The translations under genes and the position numbers were made by a program. A stretch of DNA of 64,000 bases from Dehalococcoidales bacterium (GTDB lineage Bacteria; Chloroflexota; Dehalococcoidia; Dehalococcoidales; BS750m-G39): positions 38,007 through 102,006 of the forward strand of contig JADHWY010000001.1 of assembly GCA_016783245.1 (NCBI GenBank), in the 5' to 3' direction. Below the pieces are notes generated by a model. The model was not told the DNA's origin, did not search any database, and was given only the letters and a program-made list of their open reading frames with translations. This document shows, one piece after another, positions 18,907 to 29,413 of this stretch (the stretch's first letter is position 1; the number at the start of each line of letters is the position of its first letter).

Positions 18907-19025
18907 ATCATATCATATAATGAATAACTAACTTTAACTATTTAAGGTAAATTTACCCTAATATGCTATTGACATTGAGAGTGCAATAGTTTATCGTTGA
19001 TATCAAAAAAAGAGGGAGGTGATAA

Positions 19026-19166
19026 ATGCAAGCCTACTGTGTGAAATGTCGCTCTAAAAGAGAAATGAAAGATGCTAGGAGCATAACCATGAAGAATGGC
19101 AAGCCTGCAACTCAAGGTAGATGCCCCGTATGCGGGACCAAGATGTTCCGAATTGGTAAGGCTTAA
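19026..19166 (+). CDS. 46-aa zinc-ribbon protein (DUF5679-like), absent from the ORF track (<60 aa)
   Basis: MQAYCVKCRSKREMKDARSITMKNGKPATQGRCPVCGTKMFRIGKA with two CxxC pairs. SD agagggaggtg sits 5 nt upstream. Followed by a strong terminator. Confidence 0.7.
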   Translation: MQAYCVKCRSKREMKDARSITMKNGKPATQGRCPVCGTKMFRIGKA

Positions 19167-19200
19167 AGCAAATAATCGATAAGAATCAGAGTTCTATTTG

Positions 19201-19239
19201 GGGCTGGATATTATTACTCAGGGATATCCAGCCCTTTTT
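19201..19239 (+). terminator. rho-independent terminator
   Basis: GGGCTGGATAT (19201-19211) pairs with ATATCCAGCCC (19224-19234), then TTTTT. Confidence 0.65.
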
Positions 19240-19261
19240 CTTTCGAGTGTAGGGGGGGCTA

Positions 19262-19894
19262 CTAAAAGTCGCTTAATGGGGCTTTGTGGATAGGCTTCAA
19301 AAAGGACGTGTCGTTATGCCTGGTAAGCACGAATCGGTCATCTTCATAGGCAAAGACACTAATTCCGGCGGTATCTATCCTTATGTTCCAGAAATGAGAG
19401 CTGTCCAATGCCAGGAGGGCGCATATTAGCACCTTATGTATCACTCGATGGGATACCAGGACTATAGCCCCTTCAGCTTTGGCCGTGATATCCTCTACCA
19501 GGCTGATAGCCCTTCTCCTAACATCCCTCAAGCTTTCGCCTGCTGGCATTTTTACCAGTTGGGGGCTATTGAGCCACTCGTGGTAAAGCTGCCCATATCT
19601 ATCCCTTACCGTCTCATGGGATAGCCCCTGCCATTCCCCATAGTCCAGGTCTATTAACTGGGGGGAAACCTCAACCTTAACATCATGATGCCTGGCAATC
19701 ATTTCAGCTGTTTGTAGGGCTCGTTTCAGCGGGCTGGAGTAAACGGCAGCTATCGTCATGTAGCTTAAGTGCTCGGCGAGTAGTTCTGCTTCTCTTATTC
19801 CCGTTTCATTCAGGTCAACATCTACCCTTCCTCTGAATATCTCTTCCGCGTTCCACTCAGTTTCCCCATGCCTTGCCAAGATAATCGTTGTCAT
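19262..19894 (-). CDS. histidine phosphatase family protein (phosphoglycerate mutase / CobC-like)
   Basis: ILARHGETEWN (RHG motif), SSPLKRALQTA, LVSHR. Confidence 0.8.
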   Translation of the reverse strand: MTTIILARHGETEWNAEEIFRGRVDVDLNETGIREAELLAEHLSYMTIAAVYSSPLKRALQTAEMIARHHDVKVEVSPQLIDLDYGEWQGLSHETVRDRYGQLYHEWLNSPQLVKMPAGESLRDVRRRAISLVEDITAKAEGAIVLVSHRVIHKVLICALLALDSSHFWNIRIDTAGISVFAYEDDRFVLTRHNDTSFLKPIHKAPLSDF

Positions 19895-19920
19895 TTTGCA
19901 AACCGTTGCTCCCCAGGCTT

Positions 19921-20778
19921 CTAGGACAGGAGTGCATAATAGTATACCAATACGCCGGCGAAGATAATGCTATCCATCCGGTCAAGTATACCCCCGTGCC
20001 CCGGCATAAGCGTGCCTGAATCTTTTGCTCCCATGTTGCGTTTAAGCAAGGATTCCACCACGTCACCAGCCTGACCCAGAACACTAACCCCTATGCTCAG
20101 GGGTATCACCTGCCAATAGGCGAGGGGTAGCTGGAAGGGGGTGGGGGTAAAGAATAATACACTCATGGCTATGGCACCACCTATTCCCCCTATAGCCCCC
20201 TCCCAGGTTTTTCCGGGGCTGATATTTGGGGCAAGCTTATGCCTGCCCAGTCTTCTGCCGGTGAAGAAGGCAGCGGTATCAGAGAGCCAGGTGACAAACA
20301 AAACAAAGAACACCCAATTTCTGCCGTCCTCCAAGCCCCTTAGTGCCACCATGTGGCTCAGCAGCCATCCTATATAGAGAATCCCGGCTATTGTCCATGC
20401 CCAGGTGATGAAAGCCCCCTCTTTCTGTCGGCGCGATAGGAGCCAGAGTAGGGGAGGTATCACAGCTGTGGTCAACAAGAGCGGTGTAATTAAGCCGGTG
20501 TTGAGATAAGGCTCAAGAGCAGATATCACCTGTGAATTACGGCTGAGGATGAATAGCGATGTCCAAACCAATCCGAAGTAGGAAAGCGGTGACACCTTGG
20601 AGCCAGCCACCATATGATAGAATTCCAGGGCAGCCAGGACACTGAAGACAATCATCAATGCCGTAAATCCTGGCTCCCCGCCAAACCAGACGACAACTAC
20701 CAGCAGAGAGACGAACCAGACGGAGGTTATGATTCTTTTCTTGAGCATAGGACTGCCTGTGGGAGTTAGGGCTGGCAA
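19921..20778 (-). CDS. cdsA: phosphatidate cytidylyltransferase
   Basis: Polytopic membrane protein with the CDS signature SLLKRNMGAKDSGTLMPGHGGILDRMDS. Confidence 0.92.
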   Translation of the reverse strand: MPALTPTGSPMLKKRIITSVWFVSLLVVVVWFGGEPGFTALMIVFSVLAALEFYHMVAGSKVSPLSYFGLVWTSLFILSRNSQVISALEPYLNTGLITPLLLTTAVIPPLLWLLSRRQKEGAFITWAWTIAGILYIGWLLSHMVALRGLEDGRNWVFFVLFVTWLSDTAAFFTGRRLGRHKLAPNISPGKTWEGAIGGIGGAIAMSVLFFTPTPFQLPLAYWQVIPLSIGVSVLGQAGDVVESLLKRNMGAKDSGTLMPGHGGILDRMDSIIFAGVLVYYYALLS

Positions 20779-20790
20779 ATAGTATCCCGG

Positions 20791-21513
20791 TTACAATCCA
20801 CCGAAACGCCTTTGCCTCTGTTTGTAGGATAGCAGCGCTTTTTCAATCTCTTCTTCATCAAAATCTGGCCACAAAACATCGGTGAAGTAGTACTCGCTAT
20901 AAGCTGCTTGCCATACCAGGAAGTTGCTTATCCGCAGTTCACCGCCGGTGCGGATGAGCAGGTCGACATCGGGGGAGCCAGCGGTATAAAGATAATTATC
21001 GAATAGCTTTTCGTCTATATCTTGAGGAGGGATGCCTTCGGTTATAATGTGACGCACTGCGTCCAAAATCTCAGTGCGTCCCCCGTAGTTGAAGCAGAAG
21101 CCAAGGGTCATCCCGGTATTGTTCCTGGTTAGCTCAAGAGCCCTGTTGATGACCTGCTGAAGACCTTTGGGGAGTTCTTCAAGGCGGCCAAGGTGGAGAA
21201 GCCTGACTCCCTCCTGGTGAAGCTCCGCAGCCTCCTTATCCAGTATCTGTTCAAAGATACGAAAGATGCCGCCGACTTCGCTTTCGGGGCGGGCCCAGTT
21301 TTCAGTGGAGAATCCATAAAATGTTAGATACTTTATATGGTATTTATTATTAAGGTATCTGATGGTAGAACGAGCGCTTTCCACCCCAGCCACATGCCCC
21401 TCAAACCTGGATTTTCCGTGCTGTTCTGCCCATCTGCCATTGCCATCCATGATAATAGCTATGTGGTTGGGAAGAAAAGCCATTTTTTCTTTAGCTGATG
21501 AGGTAGCTTCCAT
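20791..21513 (-). CDS. uppS: di-trans,poly-cis-undecaprenyl-diphosphate synthase
   Basis: HIAIIMDGNGRWA, TFYGFSTENW, IRTGGELRISNFL(V)WQ. Track ORF (to 21606) trimmed to the ATG at 21513 because the longer form overlaps frr. An ATG at 21483 is also possible. Confidence 0.9.
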   Translation of the reverse strand: MEATSSAKEKMAFLPNHIAIIMDGNGRWAEQHGKSRFEGHVAGVESARSTIRYLNNKYHIKYLTFYGFSTENWARPESEVGGIFRIFEQILDKEAAELHQEGVRLLHLGRLEELPKGLQQVINRALELTRNNTGMTLGFCFNYGGRTEILDAVRHIITEGIPPQDIDEKLFDNYLYTAGSPDVDLLIRTGGELRISNFLVWQAAYSEYYFTDVLWPDFDEEEIEKALLSYKQRQRRFGGL

Positions 21514-21556
21514 CTTGCCGCTCAAATGGTTAGAGCACCGGGCTCCTCGGCCCGGG

Positions 21557-22114
21557 CTATACCTCCCTGAGCTCTGCCTCTTTATCTCGCTCCGCCTGGT
21601 CGGCATCAGCTGTGAAGCTATTGGTGATCTTTTGCAGCTGGTCTAAGGCGCGCTTGAGCTCGTCCTGGGATATCTCCTTCCCTTTCTCCAGCTTTTTTAA
21701 TTCATCCATAGCATCATGCCGGTGGTTCCGTATAACCACCTTTTCCTTCTCCGCTTTCCCTCGTGCTATCTTAATTAGTTCCTGTCTTCGTTCCTCACTC
21801 AGTGGCGGGATATTTATCCGAATTACATTCCCATCACTGGTCGGGTTTAGACCAAGGTCAGATGTTAGGATGGCTTTCTCAATGTTATGGATACTGGTTT
21901 TATCCCAGGGCTGTATGACAAGCAGCCTTGCTCTGGGTGCAGAGATGCTGGCAAGTTGATTAAGCGGAGTAGGCACACCAGCATATTCTACCTTGATATG
22001 GTCTATCAAGCCAGGGGTAGCATGCCCGGTGCGAATGGTGGCTAACTCCCTCTTTAAGACCCCAATAGAGGTTTGCATCTTTTTCTCAATGTTTCTTAAG
22101 ATTTCGTCAATCAT
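21557..22114 (-). CDS. frr: ribosome recycling factor
   Basis: 185 aa. IRTGHATPGLIDHIKVEYAG, LGLNPTSDG, IRIN(I)PPLSEERR. Confidence 0.95.
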   Translation of the reverse strand: MIDEILRNIEKKMQTSIGVLKRELATIRTGHATPGLIDHIKVEYAGVPTPLNQLASISAPRARLLVIQPWDKTSIHNIEKAILTSDLGLNPTSDGNVIRINIPPLSEERRQELIKIARGKAEKEKVVIRNHRHDAMDELKKLEKGKEISQDELKRALDQLQKITNSFTADADQAERDKEAELREV

Positions 22115-22118
22115 CTCA

Positions 22119-23366
<1,248 letters not shown>

Positions 23367-23367
<1 letters not shown>

Positions 23368-24146
23368 TATTCATCGGGTGTGAAAACAACAGGCTCGGCA
23401 GCCTCTGTAGTCTCAACCTTCTCTGGGCGCTCTTCCTCCTCTGCCGGTGGAGTCGGTGCCCCAGCAGCTTTACCCTCCATTACCGCATCGGCAATATTAT
23501 TGCACATCAGCCTGATGGCTTTGATAGCATCATCATTTGCTGGAATAGGGTAGTCAATGGGCGTAGGGTCACAATTGGTATCTACAACAGCAACTACTGG
23601 TATTCCCACACGCTTGGCTTCGGCCAGGGCTATCTTTTCCTTGATGATGTCGATAATGAATATGGCAGAGGGCAAGCTGGTCATCTCTTTGAGACCACCT
23701 ATCTGTCGATTGAGGCGTATAATCTCCTTTTCCACCTTTAGCGCTTCTTTCTTAGTCAGGTAGCCGTACTCCCCCCTGGCTTTCTGGTCTTCCAGTCGAA
23801 CCAGGTAGTCTATGCGTGTTTGGATAGTGGTAAAGTTGGTCAGCACCCCTCCTAGCCAGCGCTGGTTGACATAATACATGCCGCAGCGCTTAGCCACTTC
23901 CTCTATAGTCTCCTGCGCTTGTTTTTTGGTGCCGACGAAGAGGATATCGCCTCCCCCAGCTATCAAATCCTTAACAAAGTCGCCTGCCTTTTTTAGCAGG
24001 CCGACTGTTTGCTCTAAATCAATGATATGAATGCCATTGCGCTTGGTAAAGATGAAGTTCTTCATGCGGGGGTGCCAATGACCTGTCTGGTGACCAAAGT
24101 GGGCGCCAGATTCCAAAAGTTGCTTAATGGTGACCGTATCTGGCAA
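23367..24146 (-). CDS. rpsB: 30S ribosomal protein S2
   Basis: [21 protein letters not shown](V)LTN. Start reassigned to the TTG at 24146, which lies 7 nt downstream of SD GGAAGGAG (24154-24161). The track's extra 31 N-terminal residues look non-coding. Confidence 0.93.
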
Positions 24147-24172
24147 GCTTAAACTCCTTCCAATTTTGAAAT

Positions 24173-24202
24173 AGTATAGCATAACTGGCTGGTATTCAGC
24201 AA
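24173..24202 (-). promoter_or_regulatory. putative rpsB-tsf promoter (TTGCTG-18-TATACT on minus strand)
   Basis: Hexamers read on the reverse complement: -35 at 24197-24202, -10 at 24173-24178. Confidence 0.4.
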
Positions 24203-24287
24203 TAGAGAGAGCGACTCCGGCCCCGTGTTTGCCCTCCATGCGCCATTAAGTTATTATTAGGGGAGAAGGGAAGGGGGAGAACCGAAG

Positions 24288-24653
24288 ATGCAAATCAGGA
24301 AAACATACCATAATGTAAGCCCTGAGCTACTTCATGATGAGATTAAGGACTTCGCCGTAAAGCAGGGATTGGTTATAGATGGGGCGAAACTGGAGACATA
24401 CTCTTTGCCCACTGACTCATCATCATTTGTCTTCCGTGGCACACTGACATTCAGGATTGAGAGCAAAGCGGGTAAGGGTGAGAAAGAGTGTCTCCGAGCG
24501 CATATCGTCGGCTCAGTTAAAGGGGAGACGAAAGTAATGCTGGATATAGATGAGAAGCTTTTTCCCCAAGAGAAGACTGACGCTCTGCTGAATGACCTCG
24601 GCTTTATTTTCGGCTCATATGAAGCAAAGGGCGGCAAAGGCTCGTCAAAATAG
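24288..24653 (+). CDS. hypothetical protein
   Basis: 121-aa ORF with SD gggggaga upstream. No family recognised. The 3' end overlaps the pit 3' end by 9 nt (convergent). Confidence 0.5.
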   Translation: MQIRKTYHNVSPELLHDEIKDFAVKQGLVIDGAKLETYSLPTDSSSFVFRGTLTFRIESKAGKGEKECLRAHIVGSVKGETKVMLDIDEKLFPQEKTDALLNDLGFIFGSYEAKGGKGSSK

Positions 24654-25646
24654 TGGGCGCAGTAGCAAGGCGAACCCGTAGCCCAGCCCACCAGCGATAG
24701 GGAAGGTCAAAACCCAGGCAGCGACAATCCTGCGCGCCATCCCCCACCGCACCGCCGAGAGACGCTTGGTAGCCCCTACTCCCATAATAGCGGCACTGCT
24801 ACAGTGGGTAGTGCTTACCGGGATGCCGAAGTGTGAAGCTACCTCAATAACTGAAGCTGCTGAAAGGTCGGCGGCAAATCCGTGAATCGGCTCCAGGGCA
24901 GTAATTTTCATCCCCATCGTCTTGATAACGCGCCAGCCGCCAATAGCGGTACCTGAGCTAATGGCTAGGGAGGAGACAACTATCACCCACCACGGAATAT
25001 TATCCCACAGACTAGCCTGACCGGTATGAATCACTAGCACCATCATGATAACACCGATTGGCATCTGTCCATTATTCTTACCTAGGCTATAGGCCAAAAA
25101 GGCAGTAGTCAGCCACTGCAGACGGCTGAAGATGACACGCATTCTAGCTGGCGCTCGTCTCCGGAACACCCAAAATAGAATAACCATCACGGCAAAGCCA
25201 CCGGCAAAGCCCATGGCCGGGGCAGCCGCCACTGACACCAGAACCCGTTGCATGACACCCCACCCCACCGCTTCTGTACCAGCTACAGCTACACCGGCAG
25301 CCGCCAGCCCAGCCACAAAACCATGGGTTGAGCTTACAGGCACGCCATAATATGTAGCGATGCTACCCCAGACAATAACTGCGGTTAAACCAGCAATCAC
25401 CGTCACATATGATATTGCCTCCGGCATCAAAATCCCCTTGCCGATGGTCTGGGCAACTGCAGTGCCTGAAGCAGCGCCAGCCATGGTAAAACCGGTAGCC
25501 AGTATGATGGCATTACGGGGAGAAAGGGCGCGAGAGCCGACTGAAGCGGCTACGGAATTGGCGGCATCATTGAAGCCGTTAACTACACCGAAGCCAACGG
25601 CTAAAGAAATGGTTAAGATAAGGAGTGAGAGGGAGGGGTCAGCCAT
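24645..25646 (-). CDS. pit: inorganic phosphate transporter, PiT family
   Basis: GFNDAANSVA near the N-terminus and VSTTH(C)SSAAIMG near the C-terminus (duplicated PiT signature). Polytopic. Confidence 0.9.
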   Translation of the reverse strand: MADPSLSLLILTISLAVGFGVVNGFNDAANSVAASVGSRALSPRNAIILATGFTMAGAASGTAVAQTIGKGILMPEAISYVTVIAGLTAVIVWGSIATYYGVPVSSTHGFVAGLAAAGVAVAGTEAVGWGVMQRVLVSVAAAPAMGFAGGFAVMVILFWVFRRRAPARMRVIFSRLQWLTTAFLAYSLGKNNGQMPIGVIMMVLVIHTGQASLWDNIPWWVIVVSSLAISSGTAIGGWRVIKTMGMKITALEPIHGFAADLSAASVIEVASHFGIPVSTTHCSSAAIMGVGATKRLSAVRWGMARRIVAAWVLTFPIAGGLGYGFALLLRPLF

Positions 25647-26268
25647 GCTTGATGGCTACCCCTTCAAGGACGTTAGCCACATCCTCGCATCTATCGGTCG
25701 CCGACTCCATATATTGATAAATCTCACGCCACTTGATAATGTGAGCCATATCTGTAGAATCATCGAAAAGCTCACCCATCGCCGAGCGGAACACCCTGTC
25801 AGCCATATTCTCCAATCGATTAATCTCCACGCATCGCTGGAAAATCTGCTTCAGCTCCTTGGGGTGGCGCAGTTGAGGCATTGCTTTTTCCACCTCAACC
25901 GCCGCCTGGACTATAATATCAGCCAGCTCCATAGCCTTTGGGGCGGGGCATTCTATCTTATATATGAACATGGCATCGGCTGCGGAATGTATAAAGTCGG
26001 TCACGTCATCCAGACTATGAGCCAGCAGGGCTATGTCCTCTCTATCGAACGGGGTGACGAAGGTGCGATGCAGCTGAGCAATAATCTCATGGGTAATAGT
26101 GTCGCCTTTATGTTCGAGTTCAGTTATTTCAGCAGCTCTCCTCTCAACATCTTTACAGGTATTGACCATCTTCTTCAGTTCCTGGGCTGTCTTTACCATG
26201 GTCTGAGCACTCTGCTCAAAAAGGTCAAAAAAGCCTTCTTCTCTGGGAATAAAAGGAAATCTAAACAC
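25639..26268 (-). CDS. DUF47 / PhoU-like phosphate-transport regulator partner of PiT
   Basis: FFDLFEQSAQ..., EHKGDTITHEI, helical repeats. 8-nt overlap with pit, the usual DUF47-PiT pairing. Confidence 0.8.
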   Translation of the reverse strand: MFRFPFIPREEGFFDLFEQSAQTMVKTAQELKKMVNTCKDVERRAAEITELEHKGDTITHEIIAQLHRTFVTPFDREDIALLAHSLDDVTDFIHSAADAMFIYKIECPAPKAMELADIIVQAAVEVEKAMPQLRHPKELKQIFQRCVEINRLENMADRVFRSAMGELFDDSTDMAHIIKWREIYQYMESATDRCEDVANVLEGVAIKHG

Positions 26269-26518
26269 TACTGCTCCTCCCTTGCCGATAAAAAGTGCGC
26301 GAACGTAACCACGGTTTGAAATTAAGGGGTGAAGAAAGTTTAATATTCAACCTACCTTCATTGTGATTTTAGATGAGACATATATTATTGTCAAGCCTAC
26401 ACCAAGCGTGCTTGACAGCATCCTTTGGAACTATTTTGAGATAGGAGGCCTCGTGGTATAATGAACCTGCGAGAGCTAACAGATTCTTCATAGACATCGA
26501 CACTTAGGAGGCTTAAAG

Positions 26519-27145
26519 ATGAAAAGATTGCTCCCGGTTATTACGACACTTCTGGTTCTGGTTCCAGGTGTGATAAGCTGTGCACCCTCAGCAGCACCGG
26601 AGGCAGCTCCACCAGAAGCAGAGGTAGCACCGGCGCCAGAACTCAAAACCTACTCAGCACCACCTTCGATGATGATTGATACGAATAAAGAGTACATTGC
26701 CACCATTGAAACCGAGAGGGGAGATATAGTTCTGGAGTTATTCGCCAGTGATGTTCCCATCACCGTCAATAACTTCGTCTTCCTTGCCCGTGAAGGGTTC
26801 TACAATGGCACCACCTTTCATCGGGTAATACCCGGCTTCATGGCTCAGGGAGGAGACCCCACCGGAACGGGAAGGGGCAATCCCGGCTACACCTTCGCTG
26901 ATGAATTCACAGGGCACACCCATGTGGCTGGCGCTCTGTCCATGGCTAACGCTGGCCCCAATACTAATGGCTGCCAATTCTTCATCACCTATACGCCACA
27001 GCATGGGCTTGACGGCAAACACTCCGTCTTTGGGCAGGTAATAGAGGGGTTTGATGTCCTTCAGAGCCTCACCCCCAGAGACCCATCTCGGAACCCGGAC
27101 TTCATTGGGGATAGGGTAATACGGATAACCATCGAGGAGAGGTAG
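26519..27145 (+). CDS. peptidyl-prolyl cis-trans isomerase, cyclophilin type (lipoprotein signal)
   Basis: Signal peptide ending VISC (lipobox-like). FHRVIPGFMAQGGDP, NTNGCQFFIT, HSVFGQV. Confidence 0.9.
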   Translation: MKRLLPVITTLLVLVPGVISCAPSAAPEAAPPEAEVAPAPELKTYSAPPSMMIDTNKEYIATIETERGDIVLELFASDVPITVNNFVFLAREGFYNGTTFHRVIPGFMAQGGDPTGTGRGNPGYTFADEFTGHTHVAGALSMANAGPNTNGCQFFITYTPQHGLDGKHSVFGQVIEGFDVLQSLTPRDPSRNPDFIGDRVIRITIEER

Positions 27146-27151
27146 TCCGAT

Positions 27152-27412
27152 TTAACACTGAATAAGCGAATGCTGGCTGTTTGATTCTTGTGCGTGCTTG
27201 GAGAGAAAGGCAATCGCTACAGCCTGCTCCCTATTCTCGATCTTGACATACCTCATGGTTGTATTAAGACTTTTGTGACCAGCGAGGTCTTTTATGGTGA
27301 AGGGTGCTACTCCCTTCTGATGCAGGAAGGGAATCAACCCCTTTTCTATTTGTCCTTCTGACTGGGTACCTAGAGGAGGCTTTAGAGGTAAGGTGGTCAA
27401 CTGCAAGTCCAC
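27152..27412 (-). pseudogene. 3'-terminal fragment of a tyrosine recombinase/integrase
   Basis: Only the last ~50 aa of an integrase are recognisable (LHQKGVAPFTIKDLAGHKSLNTTMRYVKI, including the catalytic Tyr box). There is no N-terminal or core-binding part. Abuts the cyclophilin stop by 6 nt. Confidence 0.7.
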
Positions 27413-27648
27413 CCTCTGGGCAAACCTGCAAAAATCACTACGCTCTCTAACGGAAATTGGGCATTGACAAAAACATTATTTAGTAGTAGGCTCAGACTTA
27501 CATGTAAGAGGAGAGGATTGAGCCAGAAGAAACAGTGACAGCGGTTAAATAGAAAAGACCTGCGACAACAAGTCTTTCAGGGGTAGGAACGGTAGTGATA
27601 CAATGATACTGTGTAATGCAATCCGAAGATATGTCAAGCGAATGTACT

Positions 27649-27751
27649 AAAGGACTCAGAGCCCCAAGTCATGGGGGCACTTCTGAGTCCTTTCATCTTT
27701 TCAGCCTCCTCCTTTTTGGGGATACCGCTGGGGGGTGGTGTCCCCCAGCGG
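27649..27751 (+). other. two strong adjacent stem-loops in an ORF-free 530-nt gap
   Basis: Hairpin A at 27649-27693: 12-bp outer stem AAAGGACTCAGA/TCTGAGTCCTTT, 5-bp inner stem GCCCC/GGGGC, then CATCTTTTC. Hairpin B at 27725-27751: CCGCTGGGGG/CCCCCAGCGG. Confidence 0.5.
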
Positions 27752-27942
27752 CAGCAAAGGGAATTTGTCCTTGGCAACTAGGTGTGGTCGAACAAGTTTG
27801 ATGCTTGTCACTGGGAATGCGAAATAATGTATGCCGAGTTTTGTATAATAAAAAGAGCCCATAAAAAGAGAGGTGATGCCGCATGAAGTGAATAATAATC
27901 GGGAGATGTTATAAAAACAGAAGCTTTAAAGGAGGTTTTACA

Positions 27943-29247
27943 TTGAAGAGAAAAGTATCTTCAAAATTAATCATTATTGTTAGCCTAGTAGCAGCGCTGG
28001 CAATACTGGTACCCGTGATAAGTGGCTGCTTCCCTGGGAGACCAGCACCAGAGGTGAAACCAATCAAGATAGCCGTTACTACTGGTGTCACCGGTGGGTT
28101 TTCAGCGCATGCAGTTCACCATGTCAGGTCGGCACAAATGGTGGTGGAAGAAGCTAATGCCCGTGGCGGAGTGTTAGGAAGGCCTGTGGAACTTGTCATA
28201 TTTGACGTTGGTGACTGCTCAGCCGGTGAGCTAATCGCTGCTCGTGATGCGCTGAAGGCAGCTGATGTGGATGTAAACTTCACTATGTGGTGGATCTCCG
28301 CAATAGCTAGTCAGTATATGCTTGAAACTGGTATTCCCATGATTCAGCAGGGATGGGTATCAGAGGACTGGGATGCGGCGTGGGAGGTCAAGGACCAGTA
28401 CCCAAACTTTCTTTTTATGAATCGGGATGAGTTGGGCTATGGTGCACCTTATTTCCAGGCGCTGACTAATCCTGAGCTGATTCCTTGGGAATTCCCAAAC
28501 AAAAAGGCAGCGATACTGACGGCTGAGGGTGAGTATAACGCAAGGATAGCAGCGTCGTGGCGAGGGGAGGCGGAAAAGGCTGGTTGGGAAATAATCCTCG
28601 AAGAGACTCATCCATGGTTTACCACAGACTATAGCCCTCAAATGGCGAGGATAAGGGAGGAAGAGCCGGCCATCATCTTTTTCAACAGCAGCATCGCGGT
28701 AGAACCAATAGCCGCCTTTAGCGACTTTTTGGAAGACCCGACAAACTCGCTTTTTGCCCTTATATGGGTTATACAACAGCCTGAATTCAAAGATACGTTC
28801 GGTACAGACGCCAATGGAGTTATAGGTACTCTACCAGGTGTCGACTTTATGGCTACTGAATACAAAGGGACGAATCCACAATACATGACGCATTATGAGA
28901 AAGGCAAAGCTTTTAACGAAGCGTATATTGCGAGGTACGGTGAGACGGCAGGGATAGCAGCACACATTGCGCAGGATGCATTCTGGGCATGGGCAGAAGC
29001 TGTAGAGCGAGTTGGTGATTCTCGCGATTTTGATGGAGTCATAAAAGATATGGAGGAACATTACTACGTTGGGATAACTGGACGGTACGGCTTCGACCCT
29101 GAGATCAAGGCTGGTCATTATGGACCCGAGAACATACCAATCACCTACTATCAAATGCAGGACGGAGAGGTTCAGGTTATGGGATTAGGAGCGGGCAGGG
29201 ACGTGGAAATAATTACGCCTTTCCAATTGCCCCATTGGATAGAGTAA
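27943..29247 (+). CDS. ABC transporter substrate-binding lipoprotein, branched-chain amino acid/amide (LIV, Peripla_BP_6-like) family
   Basis: TTG start after SD AAAGGAGG. Signal peptide with lipobox ISGC. About 400-aa type I periplasmic binding fold. Followed by LivHMGF-type genes. Confidence 0.8.
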   Translation: MKRKVSSKLIIIVSLVAALAILVPVISGCFPGRPAPEVKPIKIAVTTGVTGGFSAHAVHHVRSAQMVVEEANARGGVLGRPVELVIFDVGDCSAGELIAARDALKAADVDVNFTMWWISAIASQYMLETGIPMIQQGWVSEDWDAAWEVKDQYPNFLFMNRDELGYGAPYFQALTNPELIPWEFPNKKAAILTAEGEYNARIAASWRGEAEKAGWEIILEETHPWFTTDYSPQMARIREEEPAIIFFNSSIAVEPIAAFSDFLEDPTNSLFALIWVIQQPEFKDTFGTDANGVIGTLPGVDFMATEYKGTNPQYMTHYEKGKAFNEAYIARYGETAGIAAHIAQDAFWAWAEAVERVGDSRDFDGVIKDMEEHYYVGITGRYGFDPEIKAGHYGPENIPITYYQMQDGEVQVMGLGAGRDVEIITPFQLPHWIE

Positions 29248-29413
29248 TAGAGATAACAAGAGAGGCGATTTTTTAGGTTACGCAGCGGACAAATAAGGGC
29301 AGCGTGGAGTATTGGCATAGTGGGAGGGGATAGGTAATCATATTGGTACTTATCCCCTTTCACTAAGCAAAACTGCCGAAATGGGCTTAGTTTGCGGAAC
29401 CGGCGGAGTCATC

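Noticed and set aside
25360-26319. 319-aa plus-strand ORF, one of the longest in the track
   Set aside because: It lies entirely antisense to the PiT transporter and DUF47 genes, which have clear family motifs. Its sequence is low-complexity (Ala/Pro/Thr-rich) with no SD. It is a shadow ORF.
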